This document shows, piece after piece, positions 20,590 to 39,500 of a DNA stretch of 64,000 bases; positions within the stretch are counted from its first letter, which is position 1, and every line of letters begins with the position of its first letter. The DNA is from Macrostomum lignano (lineage: Eukaryota), in contig NIVC01003672.1 of assembly GCA_002269645.1 (NCBI GenBank), positions 42,664-106,663 of the forward strand, written 5' to 3'. Below the pieces are notes generated by a model. The model did not search any database. It saw only the letters and a program-made list of their open reading frames with translations, and had not been told where the DNA came from. The translations under genes and the position numbers were made by a program.

Positions 20590-21460
20590 TAGCAACCATC
20601 CGTGATTCACACAAATATCCAAAATTCACACAATCATCCGTGATTCACACAATCATCCGTGATTCACACAATCATCCGTGATTCACACAATCATCCGTGA
20701 TTCACACAATCATCCGTGATTCACACAACTATCCGAACTTCACACAATCATTCATGATTCACACAATCATCCGTGATTCACACAACTATCCGAACTTCAC
20801 ACAATCATTCATGATTCACACAATCATCCGTGATTCACACAACTATCCGAAATTTACACAATCATTCATGATTCACACAATCATCCGTGATTCACACAAC
20901 TATCCGAAATTCACACAATCATTCGTGATTCACACAATCATCCGTGATTCACACAACTATCCGAAATTTACACAATCATTCATGATTTACACAATTATTC
21001 GTGATTCCCACAATTATCCGTGATTCGCATCATTCGTGATTCACACAATCATTCGTGATTCACACAAAAATTCGTGCTTCGCACAACCATCCATAAAAAA
21101 CCAATCATCTACAATTCACACAATCATCTACAATTCACACAATCATCTATAATTAACATAACCATCCGTAAAAAACACAATCATTCATAATTTACACAAT
21201 CATCCATAATTCACACAATTATCTATAATTCACACAATAATCCGTAATTCACACAATCATCTGTGATTTGCATCATTCGTGATTTACACAATAATTCTTG
21301 CTTCACACAACCATCTATAAAAAAACCAATCATCTATAATTGACACAGTCATCTATAATTACATAACCATCCGTAAAAACACAATCATCCATAATTCACA
21401 CAATAATCCGTAATTCACACAATCATCTGTGATTTACACAATCATCCGTGATTTACACGA
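20590..21460. repeat. Minisatellite GTGATTCACACAATCATCC with composite higher-order units
   Basis: Direct reading; it decays rightwards. Confidence 0.92.
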
Positions 21461-22018
21461 TTAATAATCTGCATTTTCTGAAAATCCAAGTGCAGAATTA
21501 AACTAAAAAAGCTTACCCTTCACAGCGTTGCCAACAGTTTCACACATTTCTTGTATTGTTTAATTTGCTCTGCAAAAGTTTTCACTGTAACAAAATTATG
21601 AAGTAAATAATAATCAATAGCTTAATATCGATCGATGCCTTTCGAAGAAGTCGAGAATTGAGTCTTTATCAAAGCACTCCCACATCAGATATTGTTACTA
21701 AGGTTTAGCATACTAACAACGCTTCACTTGAAAATGCATTGCATAACAATGTTTCTGCAAATTTTACCATAAACTATGGTAAGAAACGAGGTTTATTAAA
21801 CAAGGCTGTAGAAACCATATTATAGTTAGCATAAGCGTGTTGAAACGGACCCACCCACTGCAATTGTCTATGGCCGACTTCAATAAATAAAAACTTGTAT
21901 GTATATAAGTATTTTGTTTGACCCATTTAGTTAGGCCATTTGACCCACTCAGAACCTGACCAGCTGGATCCAAGAAAGAAAAAAAAGAAAAGAAGGACGG
22001 ACGGAGAGGTAGGTAAGG

Positions 22019-22282
<264 letters not shown>

Positions 22283-23496
22283 ATATAATAATATATATAG
22301 ATATGGTGGTTGACTGGCAGGTAGCCGGGAGAGAAATAAAATTAAAAAGCCAAAAATCCACCTGATTCGATGCAGATAAAATAGTTAAGAAAACCTTCAC
22401 CGGTGGGGCTCAGTCTCTTCAGTATATTTCTCTTTTATCGAGTGGGGGGAAAAAAAAAAAAAAGAGTGAATTTTGGCTCAACTGAAATCCAGAAGTTCAA
22501 GAGCACGGCTTGTTGGAGTCGCTGCGGTCCACGCTATACGTCCGGCAGTCGGGGCCCCTGACAAGAGCGCACCTCACGCTGTACGCCAGGCTGGGTCCGG
22601 TGCAGGCGAGGCCCGTCCCGGACATTCGGCAACGCTTGCACGTGAGGTCGACAAAGTCCTCAGCAGTGCCGCCCTGAAGCACCCAGATGCAGCCCAGCTT
22701 AGTATGGATCTGCTCAACGACCTGCGTGATCTGCTTGCCGCCCAGGCTCTTTGAGATAGTATGGGTCATGTGGGGGCAAACAGCGGAGCCTACGGCGACG
22801 CCAACGAAGAAGGTCAGCAGGCAGATTGACATTGGGGTCAGTTTCATTGTGCTGCTACTTGTGGTGAGTTACTTGTTGCTTAACTGAGTAGCGATGCGTG
22901 CCAGATTAATCTGCAGCAGGGCTCCCTGCTGTGCTCATTTATAAGGAGCCGAATGGGATTCTAACTGTGAGGGGCTGCATGGGTTGGGGGAAGACGGGAG
23001 CCACCGCAGATCAGCGAAGAGAGTCAGCTGCATTTCACCATAGCCTGCCGAACTCGTGCGAGCAACAGAGCTGCATTCGATTGTAAAACTGGGGTTTGGG
23101 GTGGGTGCAGTTGGTTTCCACTGCGGATCGCTAATTCTAGCGATCCATGGCCTGCTGGGTATCGCGGAGTCATGGCGAGACCATTGGAACAGTAAAGTCA
23201 ATGACTGTCGCCAGTGTGTGAGGCAAACACTGGTGCGGTTTGTCGGAAAGCCAGAAGCTAAAAGCCGAACTAGGGCTGTCTTCAAGGCAGCAAAAAATTA
23301 CAACGGACATATTTTCGTTTGCACTAACGAGCTTGAACACTCGTCTGTATCTCTGTTGGCAGCAGTCTTGATGCTACTGAAGCAAGGAATGTAAGAAAGA
23401 TATATTAATATAAAATTTAGTTCCATAAAGTTAAAGCGTAGAAGCATAAAAATGATTTACAAATTAAAAGAAACTAAGGATTGTGTCATTTGGCAA

Positions 23497-24144
23497 GACA
23501 TCCAGCATTGTCCAAATGACACAATATCCAGTATTGTGTAAAAGACACAACATCCAGCATTGTGTAAAAGACACAACATCCAGCATTGTCCAAATGACAC
23601 AACATCCAGCATTGTGTAAAAGACACAACATCCAGTATTGTCCAAATGACACAACATCCAGCATTGTGTAAAAGACACAACATCCAGCATTGTCCAAATG
23701 ACACAACATCCAGCATTGTGTAAAAGACACAACATCCAGTATTGTCCAAATGACACAACATCCAGCATTGTCCAAATGACACAACATCCAGCATTGTCCA
23801 AATGACACAACATCCAGCATTGTCCAAATGACACAACATCCAGCATTGTCCAAATGACACAACATCCAGCATTGTCCAAATGACACAACATCCAGCATTG
23901 TCCAAATGACACAACATCCAGCATTGTCCAAATGACACAACATCCAGCATTGTCCAAATGACACAACATCCAGCATTGTCCAAATGACACAACATCCAGC
24001 ATTGTCCAAATAACACAACATCCAGCATTGTCCAAATGACACAACATCCAGCATTGTCCAAATGACACAACATCCAGCATTGTCCAAATGACACAACATC
24101 CAGCATTGTCCAAATAACACAACATCCAGCATTGTCCAAATGAC
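23497..24144. repeat. 26-bp minisatellite (ACACAACATCCAGCATTGTCCAAATG)
   Basis: About 25 copies. Confidence 0.96.
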
Positions 24145-25170
24145 AAATGCGTTCTTTCCATTCTTTTGGATCGGGATGATAATGCTGGTCCGCCAGCTTG
24201 TGGGTGTTCTGCTTTCTCGCCAGGTACGCTTGATGAGGTTGAGCAGGATGTTGTGGGCATGCGGAGGGAGGAGGCGGCGATTTCAAGCGGCAAGGAAGCT
24301 GGGATCGCCACATCGATGAGGACCAAAGACGCCGAACAATCGAGGAACGGGTCGCCCGTAACTGACTCGCCGTCTGTAATTTCAACTGCCACATGCGCAC
24401 GTGCCCTAGCACGGGACGCCTCAGTAGCCCAGACGGTGAATATCTGCAGCAGCGCCTTCGCCGGGACTTCTTGGACTCCTGGAAAGTTCAGTCCGACTGG
24501 GGAAGCGACCACCTGCCAATCGTATTCTGTCTTCCAGCCCCTAACGCCGGACCACCGCCGGGGCCAAAGACGGTGGGTCTACAAGAAAGCGGACTGGGCT
24601 GCCTACAGGGAATCGCTGGCTGCCTGGGCCCTTTCAGAGCACAGTGCGGAATCACTCAACAGAGGCCAGCCGTGCCATCCCGCGAAGCTCAGGGAAACCG
24701 ACTCGTCGACTCCCCTTCTGAAACAAGGCCTGCGACGAGGCTACTAAGAAGACTCGCGAAGCTCGGAGAACCGTGAAGCCGTGCAAGCAAGGAAAAACGT
24801 GCAGACGCAGCTTAGAAGCAGCAGCAGCTTTTTCTGCCTCCTGGACATACATCCCCCTTCCACGTTCGGATTGAGTCCTGCACATTGCAAAGAAAATCAA
24901 ATGCCTTTGCCATTTCCTGCACTGCTTTCGAAATCATGTCAGTTGGAAAGCACAAACCGCCACCATCAGTTTCAGCGTTGAGATAAATTTTCTTCAGTTT
25001 CAAGAACTGCATGCCATCACGTGAACCAACCGACATTCAGAAGATCAGCGTTGCAGTCTTTGCTAGCGCTGCGCAGTTTGGATAAGCGAAAGAGTAACCA
25101 GCCTCCTTCGATGCACACTTTCTCCTAAGATTTCTGGCTCGTCTGCCTTGTCGAGCAGGTCAGCCCTGAA
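24145..25170 (+). mobile_element. Decayed LINE fragment (APE endonuclease to pre-RT region), related to the Ingi-like element at 40.7-45 kb
   Basis: Broken frames give GGDF, TGRLSSPD, WKVQSDWGSDHLPI and RWVYKKADWAAYRESL. These parallel TGRTSAPDLT, LGSDHQPIL and WSWKKANWTAYQTLL at 41.9-42.1 kb. Confidence 0.75.
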
Positions 25171-25349
25171 TAACCGGCATGCCCAGTCTTCGAATCTGCA
25201 TGGAGTTAGGTGAACTCATTCTCAGCCAAAGCAAAAACGAACTGATTGAGAATGAAGATACGTACCTCTCACCACTCTTAATTGGAAACTTGTGGAAGCG
25301 AAGTCCTGGTACGTTTCTATACGCGTATGATCTGCAACCGTACTATGTA

Positions 25350-26242
25350 CGAGGTGTTTTCAAAAACAAATGTCAGTGGCTGGATATCTCTGCTCAGGCA
25401 AATGTGACTGACTGATTTTTCTGCATGTTTTACATTGTCATATTGTGACTTATCAGCAGAAAATTAAGTCAATCCTTTGCGTCATTTTAGCTCTAGCAGT
25501 AGTTAAAGCCAACTACTTGTTCCAAGGCGTTCTGTTACTTCCATGACCCGAGCTCACACTTTTGTTTGTGACATGGCAAAGATGGCGTACAGCATCCTAG
25601 AGCTCAAAGACGCCTTAGCCATGGCCCACCCGGACGAGAAGCTGTCCGAGAGGCAAATTTACCGCCTCATCCGCCAAGTGACGGACGGCCAGGACACAGA
25701 AGATCAGCGCAGGTTCAATGCGAAGAAAACAAGGCGATCCGCAGAGACCATCGCAGCTGTGCAAGAGGCCGTCGAGTCTGATCGCCGCAAAACCATCGAG
25801 GAATTGGCCGAAGACTTCAACCTGTCTGTCGGCGCAGTCCACACGATCCTGCACGCGGATTTCGGACTGTCCAAGGAGTCCCTCGCCTGCTGTTGCTGGA
25901 GCAGAAAGCGTGCTGGAGAGATACTGGACTTCCTATGTACTTCCTAATCCGCTGTACTTACCAGATTTGGCTCCCGCATACTTCTGGCTCTTTCGTAAAG
26001 TAAAAAAAGAGTTATCGGTCATCCAGCTTGCTGACAGCTCAGTCAGGAACGAGTCGGAACAGGTTATGCGAGGTCTCCCAGTAGAAGCCCTTGCCCTGGC
26101 CTTCAGGAAGTGGATAGATACCTGCGAAAAGTGCATCTAACTTGAGGGAGATTAAGTTAAAAAAATTGTGAAAATAGAACTGCGTACCTGCTCAGGGAGC
26201 TGAGATATGAGGTCACTGACATTTGTTTTTGAATGCACCTCG
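25350..26242 (+). mobile_element. Internally deleted mariner (Tc1/mariner) transposon, 893 bp
   Basis: 29-bp TIRs (CGAGGTGTTTTCAAAAACAAATGTCAGTG; 2 mismatches), flanked by TA at 25348-49 and 26243-44. The N-terminal HTH (..AVESDRRKTIEELAEDFNLSVGAVHTILH) is joined to a C-terminal YLPDLAP (YSPDLAP-type) segment; the catalytic core is missing. Confidence 0.92.
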
Positions 26243-26884
26243 TAGCTGACGCTGTCGGCATGGCGACCCGAGAAGACGAGAAGCTACCAGAAACAGTTGA
26301 TTAATTGCAGCTGCAATAGTGAAAACTGGGTAAAACCACAAAACGTATGGAAAGCTACAGTATCGTGGCGGGGCGGGGCGGCAGCCGAGGAATAGCAAGT
26401 GGTTGAAGACAAGATCCATCCAAAGAGTAATGAGTTGAAGGAATTTTATTCCCCACTTGGTCGCTTCAAATAAGTCTATGGTCCACATTTATTTCTTTCT
26501 TTGGCCGGGCCAAAGAATCACGCACCGGGCCAAAAAACGAACGGCCAATAAAAATTGGCAACGAGTTTTATTCGGAAACTGTCGTGTCGTAGCAATAAGG
26601 TGGACTTTTTTCTGTTTAAGAGAGCTCTTAGCTGAGCAAAGAAAACAAATTTTTAACTGATAGCCTTTATATTATCTTGAAAATGACCGACGGCAACATG
26701 CCGCCTACAATGCGAGTACAGCGCAATCAAACCGTTTCAAGATTTAGCATATTGATAGAAAGATGCAACGTGTCGCGCGTGCACGCTAAGTACATTGGCA
26801 ATGAGTACACTAGATGTTAAGTACGCAGATACGCAACGCGAGTCAGAGATAGTTATTGAGCACCGCCAAGCTGCGCCACAGAAG

Positions 26885-27524
26885 CTATAGTGCAATTGAA
26901 TTGAATTGCTTACCGACGCACCCGATCACGGCGCACAGGAGCTGTCGCGGCCTGTCGGCTCCTAGGACGCCCGTAGCCCATAGCTTGTCTTCGACACTTG
27001 ACGGGATCGGCTTAGCCCGCCGTAGTCCAGAGCCGTTGCCGTCGCGCGTGCTTAATTTCATAGAGGCATCCAAAGCGCGTCTAGAGTCAGCAAACTCCTG
27101 GTCCCTCCACAGGCTCCACGGCTTCTTGCACCGATTCACGATATAATACTGAATCATTCTGAAGAAATCCTTTAGCGATGATACTTAGTACGTATTCTTA
27201 GTACGCACTTCCAACACGAAGAATCACAGGACATAGTTTAGATCGCTCTTGCTCATGTGTTCAAGATCTTTCAGAACCATCTTGTTCGTCACACTCCCAT
27301 TTGCCCAATGCTGCTTCTTCAGTTCATGCCGGGCACGGAAGGTGTTGACCATCCATTTGCATTTCTTCTTCGTCGTTACTGGAGTCACTGCGTCCATTGC
27401 ATCAAAGACATCCTGCTCAGTCATAGACGCCGCATTCGGTTCAGCAGAACAGATTTTATTGGCTAAATCCAAAGCCTCCTCAAGTTCTGCAGTATCCAGT
27501 GGGATAGTAGATACGTAGGACTTT
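26885..27524 (-). pseudogene. Crypton-type tyrosine-recombinase / DUF3504 (ZMYM/KCTD1-like) relic
   Basis: One frame with two nonsense codons reads ...LNYVL*FFVLEVRTK...EFADSRRALDASMKLSTRDGNGSGLRRAKPIPSSVEDKLWATGVLGADRPRQLL..., the pattern I recognise for DUF3504/Crypton proteins. It is truncated before the catalytic end. Confidence 0.72.
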
Positions 27525-27532
27525 GTTTCACC

Positions 27533-29485
27533 CAAGGACAACTTAATAACTCAGGACCGGAAACGAGCCAATTCATGGCGAAAAAAGTATGAGGCTCGTT
27601 TAAAAGCATTGTTCTATGGCCCATCCGTATGCGCATGCTTTCAGTTGCCAATGTATACTCGTATCATATTTGGCTTTTTGATAGGCAGTCAGAAGGCGGG
27701 TGCAGGGTCGGTTTTCTTAAATGTTGAATAGTTTTATTACATAAAGTAACCATCGTGAAACTGCACAATGGGAAAGCTGTAAATGCAGCACATGTATAAG
27801 GAAACTCGAGAAAAATTTACGATTCTTTCTTCATCTGAACTACAAACAGAGAGGAAAATAACAGTCACAGAACGGGACAAGAGCTGACCATGATAAATAG
27901 GCCTCCATGTTGATTGACGAGTTGAATGCACTTTCGAAGCTGATGGTACAAAAAGTCGGCGGAAAGAAGAAAAATCGGTATCAGCCTTAGAACAAATGGC
28001 TTACCGCCGAACAATGGCTTCAACATTATTGCGAGCACTGTTCGAGCAGTTTTGTTATGATTGTCTGACGCTTGGCCGAGCAGATGTTGGCACCGATAGC
28101 GAATCGATGGCTGGTCATACATTTCATCGAAAATCAACACACAAGACTTCTGCTGCGGTTTCAGTTTGGCAAATGTGACCTTTACGATCTCGTGTGCATC
28201 ATTTTCAGTGCCAATCTCTCTTAGACCAGCCAACTGAGTGCGTAATGTGCGTTGGTGGGGCAAAGGAAGGAGCGTCTGTGCATGCGCGTATGCAGAACTG
28301 CTAATCAGGTAAAGCAAAGCAGATTGGCGCATAGTGGCAATGTCGTATCGTCGATTGTTTGGGTGCGTTGTGGCGAACTCGAGTAGCTTCAGGATGAATG
28401 TAACCGATGTGTCCGGTACAACTCCATCGTGGTTAAAGGCAATAGAAAGGTTCTTAGATAATGCCCTCACCTCACTTTCGACGTCCACTGTAGAGTTTTT
28501 ACAACGATTTATGATAGCTTCAAGTTGCGACCAATACTTTAATGTTGGTTGAAATCCAAGCAGATCTCGAACCGCAACTGGTGAGTGTAACCGAAAGCAT
28601 CGCACGGAATAGTTTGGTGAAACGAAAACCCGCAGAACCATTTCGGCATTGGCGCTTAACGAGAAGATAAACACTTGAACAATGGTAACAATAAGCTGAA
28701 GTGCTTTGATGACGTTTGAACAGTGAATGGATGCTCGGAATTCAGTCCACGATGGCAGCGTGTCACGCTCTCGAAATTCTACTAGTTCATCTTGGAAAAG
28801 GCATCGTTCGGACAGCAGCACGCCCCTTTCCTCAGCCTGTCGACTGGCACGCACTGCAATATCCAAGCACGCACCTTAGTGTTTCGTTTCGACCCGAGTG
28901 CAAATATTTGAGCAGTAGAACTTCACAAACCTTGTGTTTGAACGAGGCAGGACTGCGGGACTCCGTCGAAAACTGATGGTGGATGTAGTGGCCTTTCATT
29001 TCTTCCTTTTTTTATCATTGGTGCATCTTGAGGCCAGTGCTTAGCACAAACGCCCATGTAGTCTGTCACGGTCTAAACAACAACAGAATTGTTAATGAAT
29101 TCATGTGGCCAGGCTAAATCTGATTCACAAAGCACATTTGAAGAAAGTCTTACCGTCAGTTGATTAGGCAGAGACAGTCGCCAAGCCTCTCGTTCAGTTG
29201 CATCTTTAGGAAACGAAAATACTGCAACATTCCGATCACGGTTACTATTGTAGTTTGCACAACAGAAAATGACGCTGCATTTTCTCGGCATGATATTTAG
29301 TTTCAGCAAGAATAAAAGTTCTCTCTCTCAATTGCAAGTGCATGCGAAGAACTCAATTTTCAGCTCAGATTTCTCCGCTTTCGTAGCATACGGATGGGCC
29401 ATAGAACAATGCTTTTAAACGAGCCTCATACTTTTTTCGCCATGAATTGGCTCGTTTCCGGTCCTGAGTTATTAAGTTGTCCTTG
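27533..29485 (-). mobile_element. P-element-superfamily (THAP) DNA transposon, internally deleted, 1953 bp
   Basis: Perfect 100-bp TIRs (27533-27632, 29386-29485, starting CAAGG) and 8-bp TSD GTTTCACC (27525-27532, 29486-29493). THAP domain MPRKCSVIFC...FSFPKD..REAW is spliced via an 81-nt GT-AG intron (29153-29073) to TVTDYMGVCAKHW. P-transposase motifs SSSAY..LPLPHQRTL and LIFDEM occur in ORF 28866-27865. Confidence 0.93.
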
Positions 29486-29902
29486 GTTTCACCCTGACCA
29501 TGCTCGGCAGGAAGGGCAAATATGAAACACATAACTTTTCTTTTACCATAGACTCCAAAAAAATACCGGCAGCAAAGGCTGTTGGTGTATGGTTAGCTCT
29601 GCTGACCCAAAGAAATTCTAAATCTAGATTCTTGATTTAGAATTCCTTGGCTGACCATCCGGCAGCTTAAAATTTTAAATCGACTACAGCAAAGCCTACA
29701 GCTGCTCTCAATTTAGTAGCTAATGCGTATATTGCAATAAAAATTTAAATTAAAGACATGCTCAGCACACGTATAGTAGCGGATGCCAAATTCATCAAAT
29801 TCATCGAATCGATGCTGAGTTCATTTCTTAGTCCAAAATGTTACATTTCAGTCTAGAAAGGTTTTTTCCGCGTTACCCTTACCTTTAGGCTGAGGGAAGC
29901 TG

Positions 29903-35660
<5,758 letters not shown>

Positions 35661-36542
35661 TACACTAAAGCAGACAAAAATTAAGACATACAGACAAGAC
35701 ACGGATACTCAGAATGACACAGACTGCCAGAGATAGATTGAGGATGCGCATTGAAGCTGTTCGGAGATAAAATAGAGAAGAACACAGCGATGTGATTGAG
35801 AATTCAATAGAATGAAGAGTCGACTATAGGGCAGATAAAAAAGACTGCACGTCCCACCCGGGGGGGGGGGCTGCATTGTGAGCGGCAACGGCTGGCTTTG
35901 ATTGAGTGGGCCCGGTCGGCGCGGAGCAAGTCAACTGTAAAAGCCGAAGATCTGAGGATCCGAGAATTTTCTGAATGTGGAATATAAAGGATTGAACTTT
36001 GCCGGCCAACCTCTCGGTGAGCTAGTAAGTGTGAAGACGGCAAGCGAAGGGTCCGGAAGTGACTCTATAGAGCTGCGTTGCTGAGTGGCCGGAGTTGTCA
36101 AGTAGTGCGGAAAACCGATTTAACAGTCGACGTTGCTCTGCAACTCTCAAATGACCTTCCATGTAACGAAACACGTATGTAACGAGTCTCTGCCACTTAA
36201 CTGCAAAATTTTGTAGGCAACTATATTCAACTAATCGCTTCAAACTGGGACATTAGAAAAGAAAATAATCAAAGGCATTGGTTTGAAAGCCGCGTAGTTT
36301 GCCGTTGTGTAATACAATCTCGACAGTTACATCTATATCTAGAATTTATAAGATAACTCTCAAAACTACCCCCACAACAGTTAAACAAAACCATTGTTTA
36401 CGAACTAAAACAATTACTTAACTACCAAATTACCTATCATTTCAAACAGCCTTTTAGGAGTTAAATAATAATGCCCCATCATATATCTTTGTGGGTACAA
36501 AAGTCTTTGCAGTTTTGGGATTCCGGAAAATCGTTCAAAAAA

Positions 36543-39500
36543 TTATAAGCTGATAGACTTGTCCTTGGCCGCTCTTGGATGCGGCCTCTCCGCAATGCCG
36601 CGCTCTGGCGAGGCGGCGCCAGCGTCGGCTTCCGGTGGCGGGTCCTCGGCCACTGTCAGAGGCCGAATGTGCGTCAGGTGCCGAGTACATGTCCAGTCGC
36701 CTTGCCGCAGGATGTAGGAATCGCCTAGCTTGTCGGTGACGGTCCAGGGTTCGAGCTCGAAAGGCGTCTGCGTTTTCGTGCGTCTCGACCACTTGCGGAG
36801 AACCGCCGAACCCGGCTCGACGCTGGCCACCTTGGCCCTCCTGGAGCGGTTGAAACCTGCTGCCATCTGGTTGGCCGCGTGACGCTTTGCAAGGTCGGCT
36901 CGGTCGTGCTGCACGGGCTGCGATGGTTGAATTGACGGGAGGCCGTCGTTGAGAGCTCGGCCCATGAGTAGTTCAGCTGGTGCTACGCCGGTTGCCGAGT
37001 GCGGAGTGACGCGATGAGCGAGCAGCCAGTCGTCTAGTGCAGTACGACAGTTGCGTCCTTCCGCGATGGCCGCTCTGATAACCTTGTTGATGCACTTGTT
37101 GACCCGTTCGGTGGCTCCGTTCGCCTCGGGGTGCAGCGGACAGATTCGGCGATGCTTGATGCCGAACTCCGAGAGAAAGTTTGTGAATTCTGCCGAGTTG
37201 AATGGGGGTCCATTGTCGCTGACGATTTCCAAAGGGATACCGTAATCTGCTGAACAGAGTCCGGAGATGTGGAAGCACTGTCTCGGCTAATTTTGAGCTG
37301 ACTATTTCGACCTCGGGAAATTTTGAGAAGAGGTCCGTTGTCACCAGGAGCATTTTTCCTTGAACCGGACCGTAGAAGTCCATTCGAAGAACCAGCCATG
37401 CTCCGGCCGGAAGTTGCGTCGGTGAGAGCAGTGGCGGTGCGAGGCTCTTCGGTGATGTCGCTTGGCAGGGAAGGCAAGACTGGACGAACGCCTGGCAGTC
37501 GCTTCTCATCGCTGGCCACCAGACTTTGGTTTGAAGTCTGTCCATAGTTTTTCGGCAGCATTGGTGGCCTGCGTGTGCCAACTAGAGCACCGTCCGACGT
37601 AAGCTGCTCGGGATGACGATCCACGAGCTCCGAAGTAGCACGCCGTCATGTTCTGAAAGCTCCTGCTGCAGGCAGGACAAGGCCCGAAGCTCTCTGTTCT
37701 GCTTGTCCCATTGACCAGTTCGTAGAGCTGACAGAGCTGCTTGGATCGTGCCGTCTGACTTTGAAACCTCCTGAATTGTTGCAAAGCTTAGTTAGCCCTT
37801 TCGGAGTAGAGCCGATGGCAATTGCGTTGATGAAGCGTCTGTCCAGGAGTTCCCCGGGATCGTCCTTTGTCTGCATTTCCGGTTGTCTACTGAGGACATC
37901 CGCTGGATTCTGTGGCCCAGGCTGATAGGTGAGCTTGAATTTGAGGTGCTGTACTCTTAAAGCTATCCACTCGATCCGTGGCGGAGGCCTGGAACCAGGT
38001 TGAAAAAGCGGGACTAATGGACGGTGATCAGTGATGACTGTGAGATCTGGGCAGCCGCTGAGGTAGTGCTCGAAACGTAGGCAACCGAATTTCACCGCTA
38101 GCGCTTCGCGTTCAATTTGGGCGTATCGCTGCTCAACTGATGTGAGTGACCTGCTGGCGAGGCGACTGGTTCGCGAACACCTTTCCCGTCTGGCCTATAG
38201 TCCCGTCCCGACTGGCGAGGCGTCCACATGAACTTCCGTTGGGAGATTCATGTCAAAGAAGGCCAAGACGCTCTCCTTGCAGATTGCTGCCCTTGTTTGC
38301 AGAAATGCTTCTTGTTGCCTTTCTGACCAGCACCATTTCTGACCCTTCTTTAGCAGTTCTCGCATTGGCTGCGTCAGATCTGAGAAGTTTGGAACGAACC
38401 TGGACAGGTAGGTGGCCAAACCGAGGAATGAGCGCAGCTCCGACACGTTTGTTGGCTCCTTAAAGTCTTTCAGGGCCTTGATCTTTTCAGCCGCAGGCTG
38501 GACGCCTCTTGCGCTGATGCGCATCCCGAGAAAATCGATGAAAGGCTGTGCCAGACGACACTTTTCCGGGTTTAGCGTGATTCTATGGTCTTGTAGGCGC
38601 TTGAAGCACTGTTTTAGTCGAATGTTGTGCTCTTCCATGGTACTTCCAAAGACAATGATATCATCGTGTGCCTATCGGACACCATCAAGGCCGCTCAGGA
38701 CGCCTGTCATGACCCTTTGCAGTATCTCGGATGCGTTGGTGAATCCCATGCTATGTCTGGTCAGTCGCATAAGACCCAGTGGGGTGCTGAAGGTGAAGAT
38801 GTGACGGGACTCCGGTTTGACGAGGATCTGGTGGAAAGCCTTTACGATGTCGAGCTCGCTGAATACCCGTGGAACCCGCGATCTCGTCTGTGATCTCCTC
38901 AAAGGTTGGGATGGGCTGCTTTTCTGGCACGGCAAATGAGTTCACGTCACGCAGATCCTGGCAGATGCGGATGCCACCGCTTTCTTTCGGGACGACAACC
39001 ATGCGGGAGACCCACGGTGACGGGCCGTTGACGCGCTCGATGATGCCTTGGTCGAGAAGAGCCTGTAGTTCTGCGATGACCGCCGACCGCTGGTGGACGG
39101 GGATTCTAGAGGGTGGGTGGCAGACTGGGACAGCTTCTGGTCGAAGACGAACGTCAACCTCGACGGCCTTCACGCAGCCAAGGCCTTCGAAGATTTGCTG
39201 GAACTCACCAAGGATGCTGCTGATGCGGAGTTCGGTTGGAAGTTCTTGGTCAACGTCTCTGTACTTGGAAAATAGTGCTTGAATACCTGAAGCAGCTGGA
39301 TTTTCCGTGGGATGTACTGAGTTGACTTCAGCCGTTGGATGCTGGATGTGCAGAATTCCCATGTTGAAAGCGGTGTCTCGACCGAGCAATGTGGTTCCAC
39401 GGCCTTTGGTGATGTAGAATGAAACTAATTGTCTGCTAGCTGCGGTGCTCACGTTGAGGTCGGCGACACCCAAGACTTGGAGAGGCGTTGTGGATCCGTA

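Noticed and set aside
22440-23400. Poly-A run followed by moderately GC-rich short ORFs
   Set aside because: No motif, TSD or terminal structure that I can support; probably an old TE remnant.
23456-24512. Repetitive Cys/Trp-rich ORFs; similar ones at 49182-50137 and 58444-59150
   Set aside because: Minisatellite translations, in places running into antisense TE sequence.
35850-36540. Search for the 3' LTR of the second Gypsy element
   Set aside because: No match to 40557-40717 here or further left, so the element is not called full-length.
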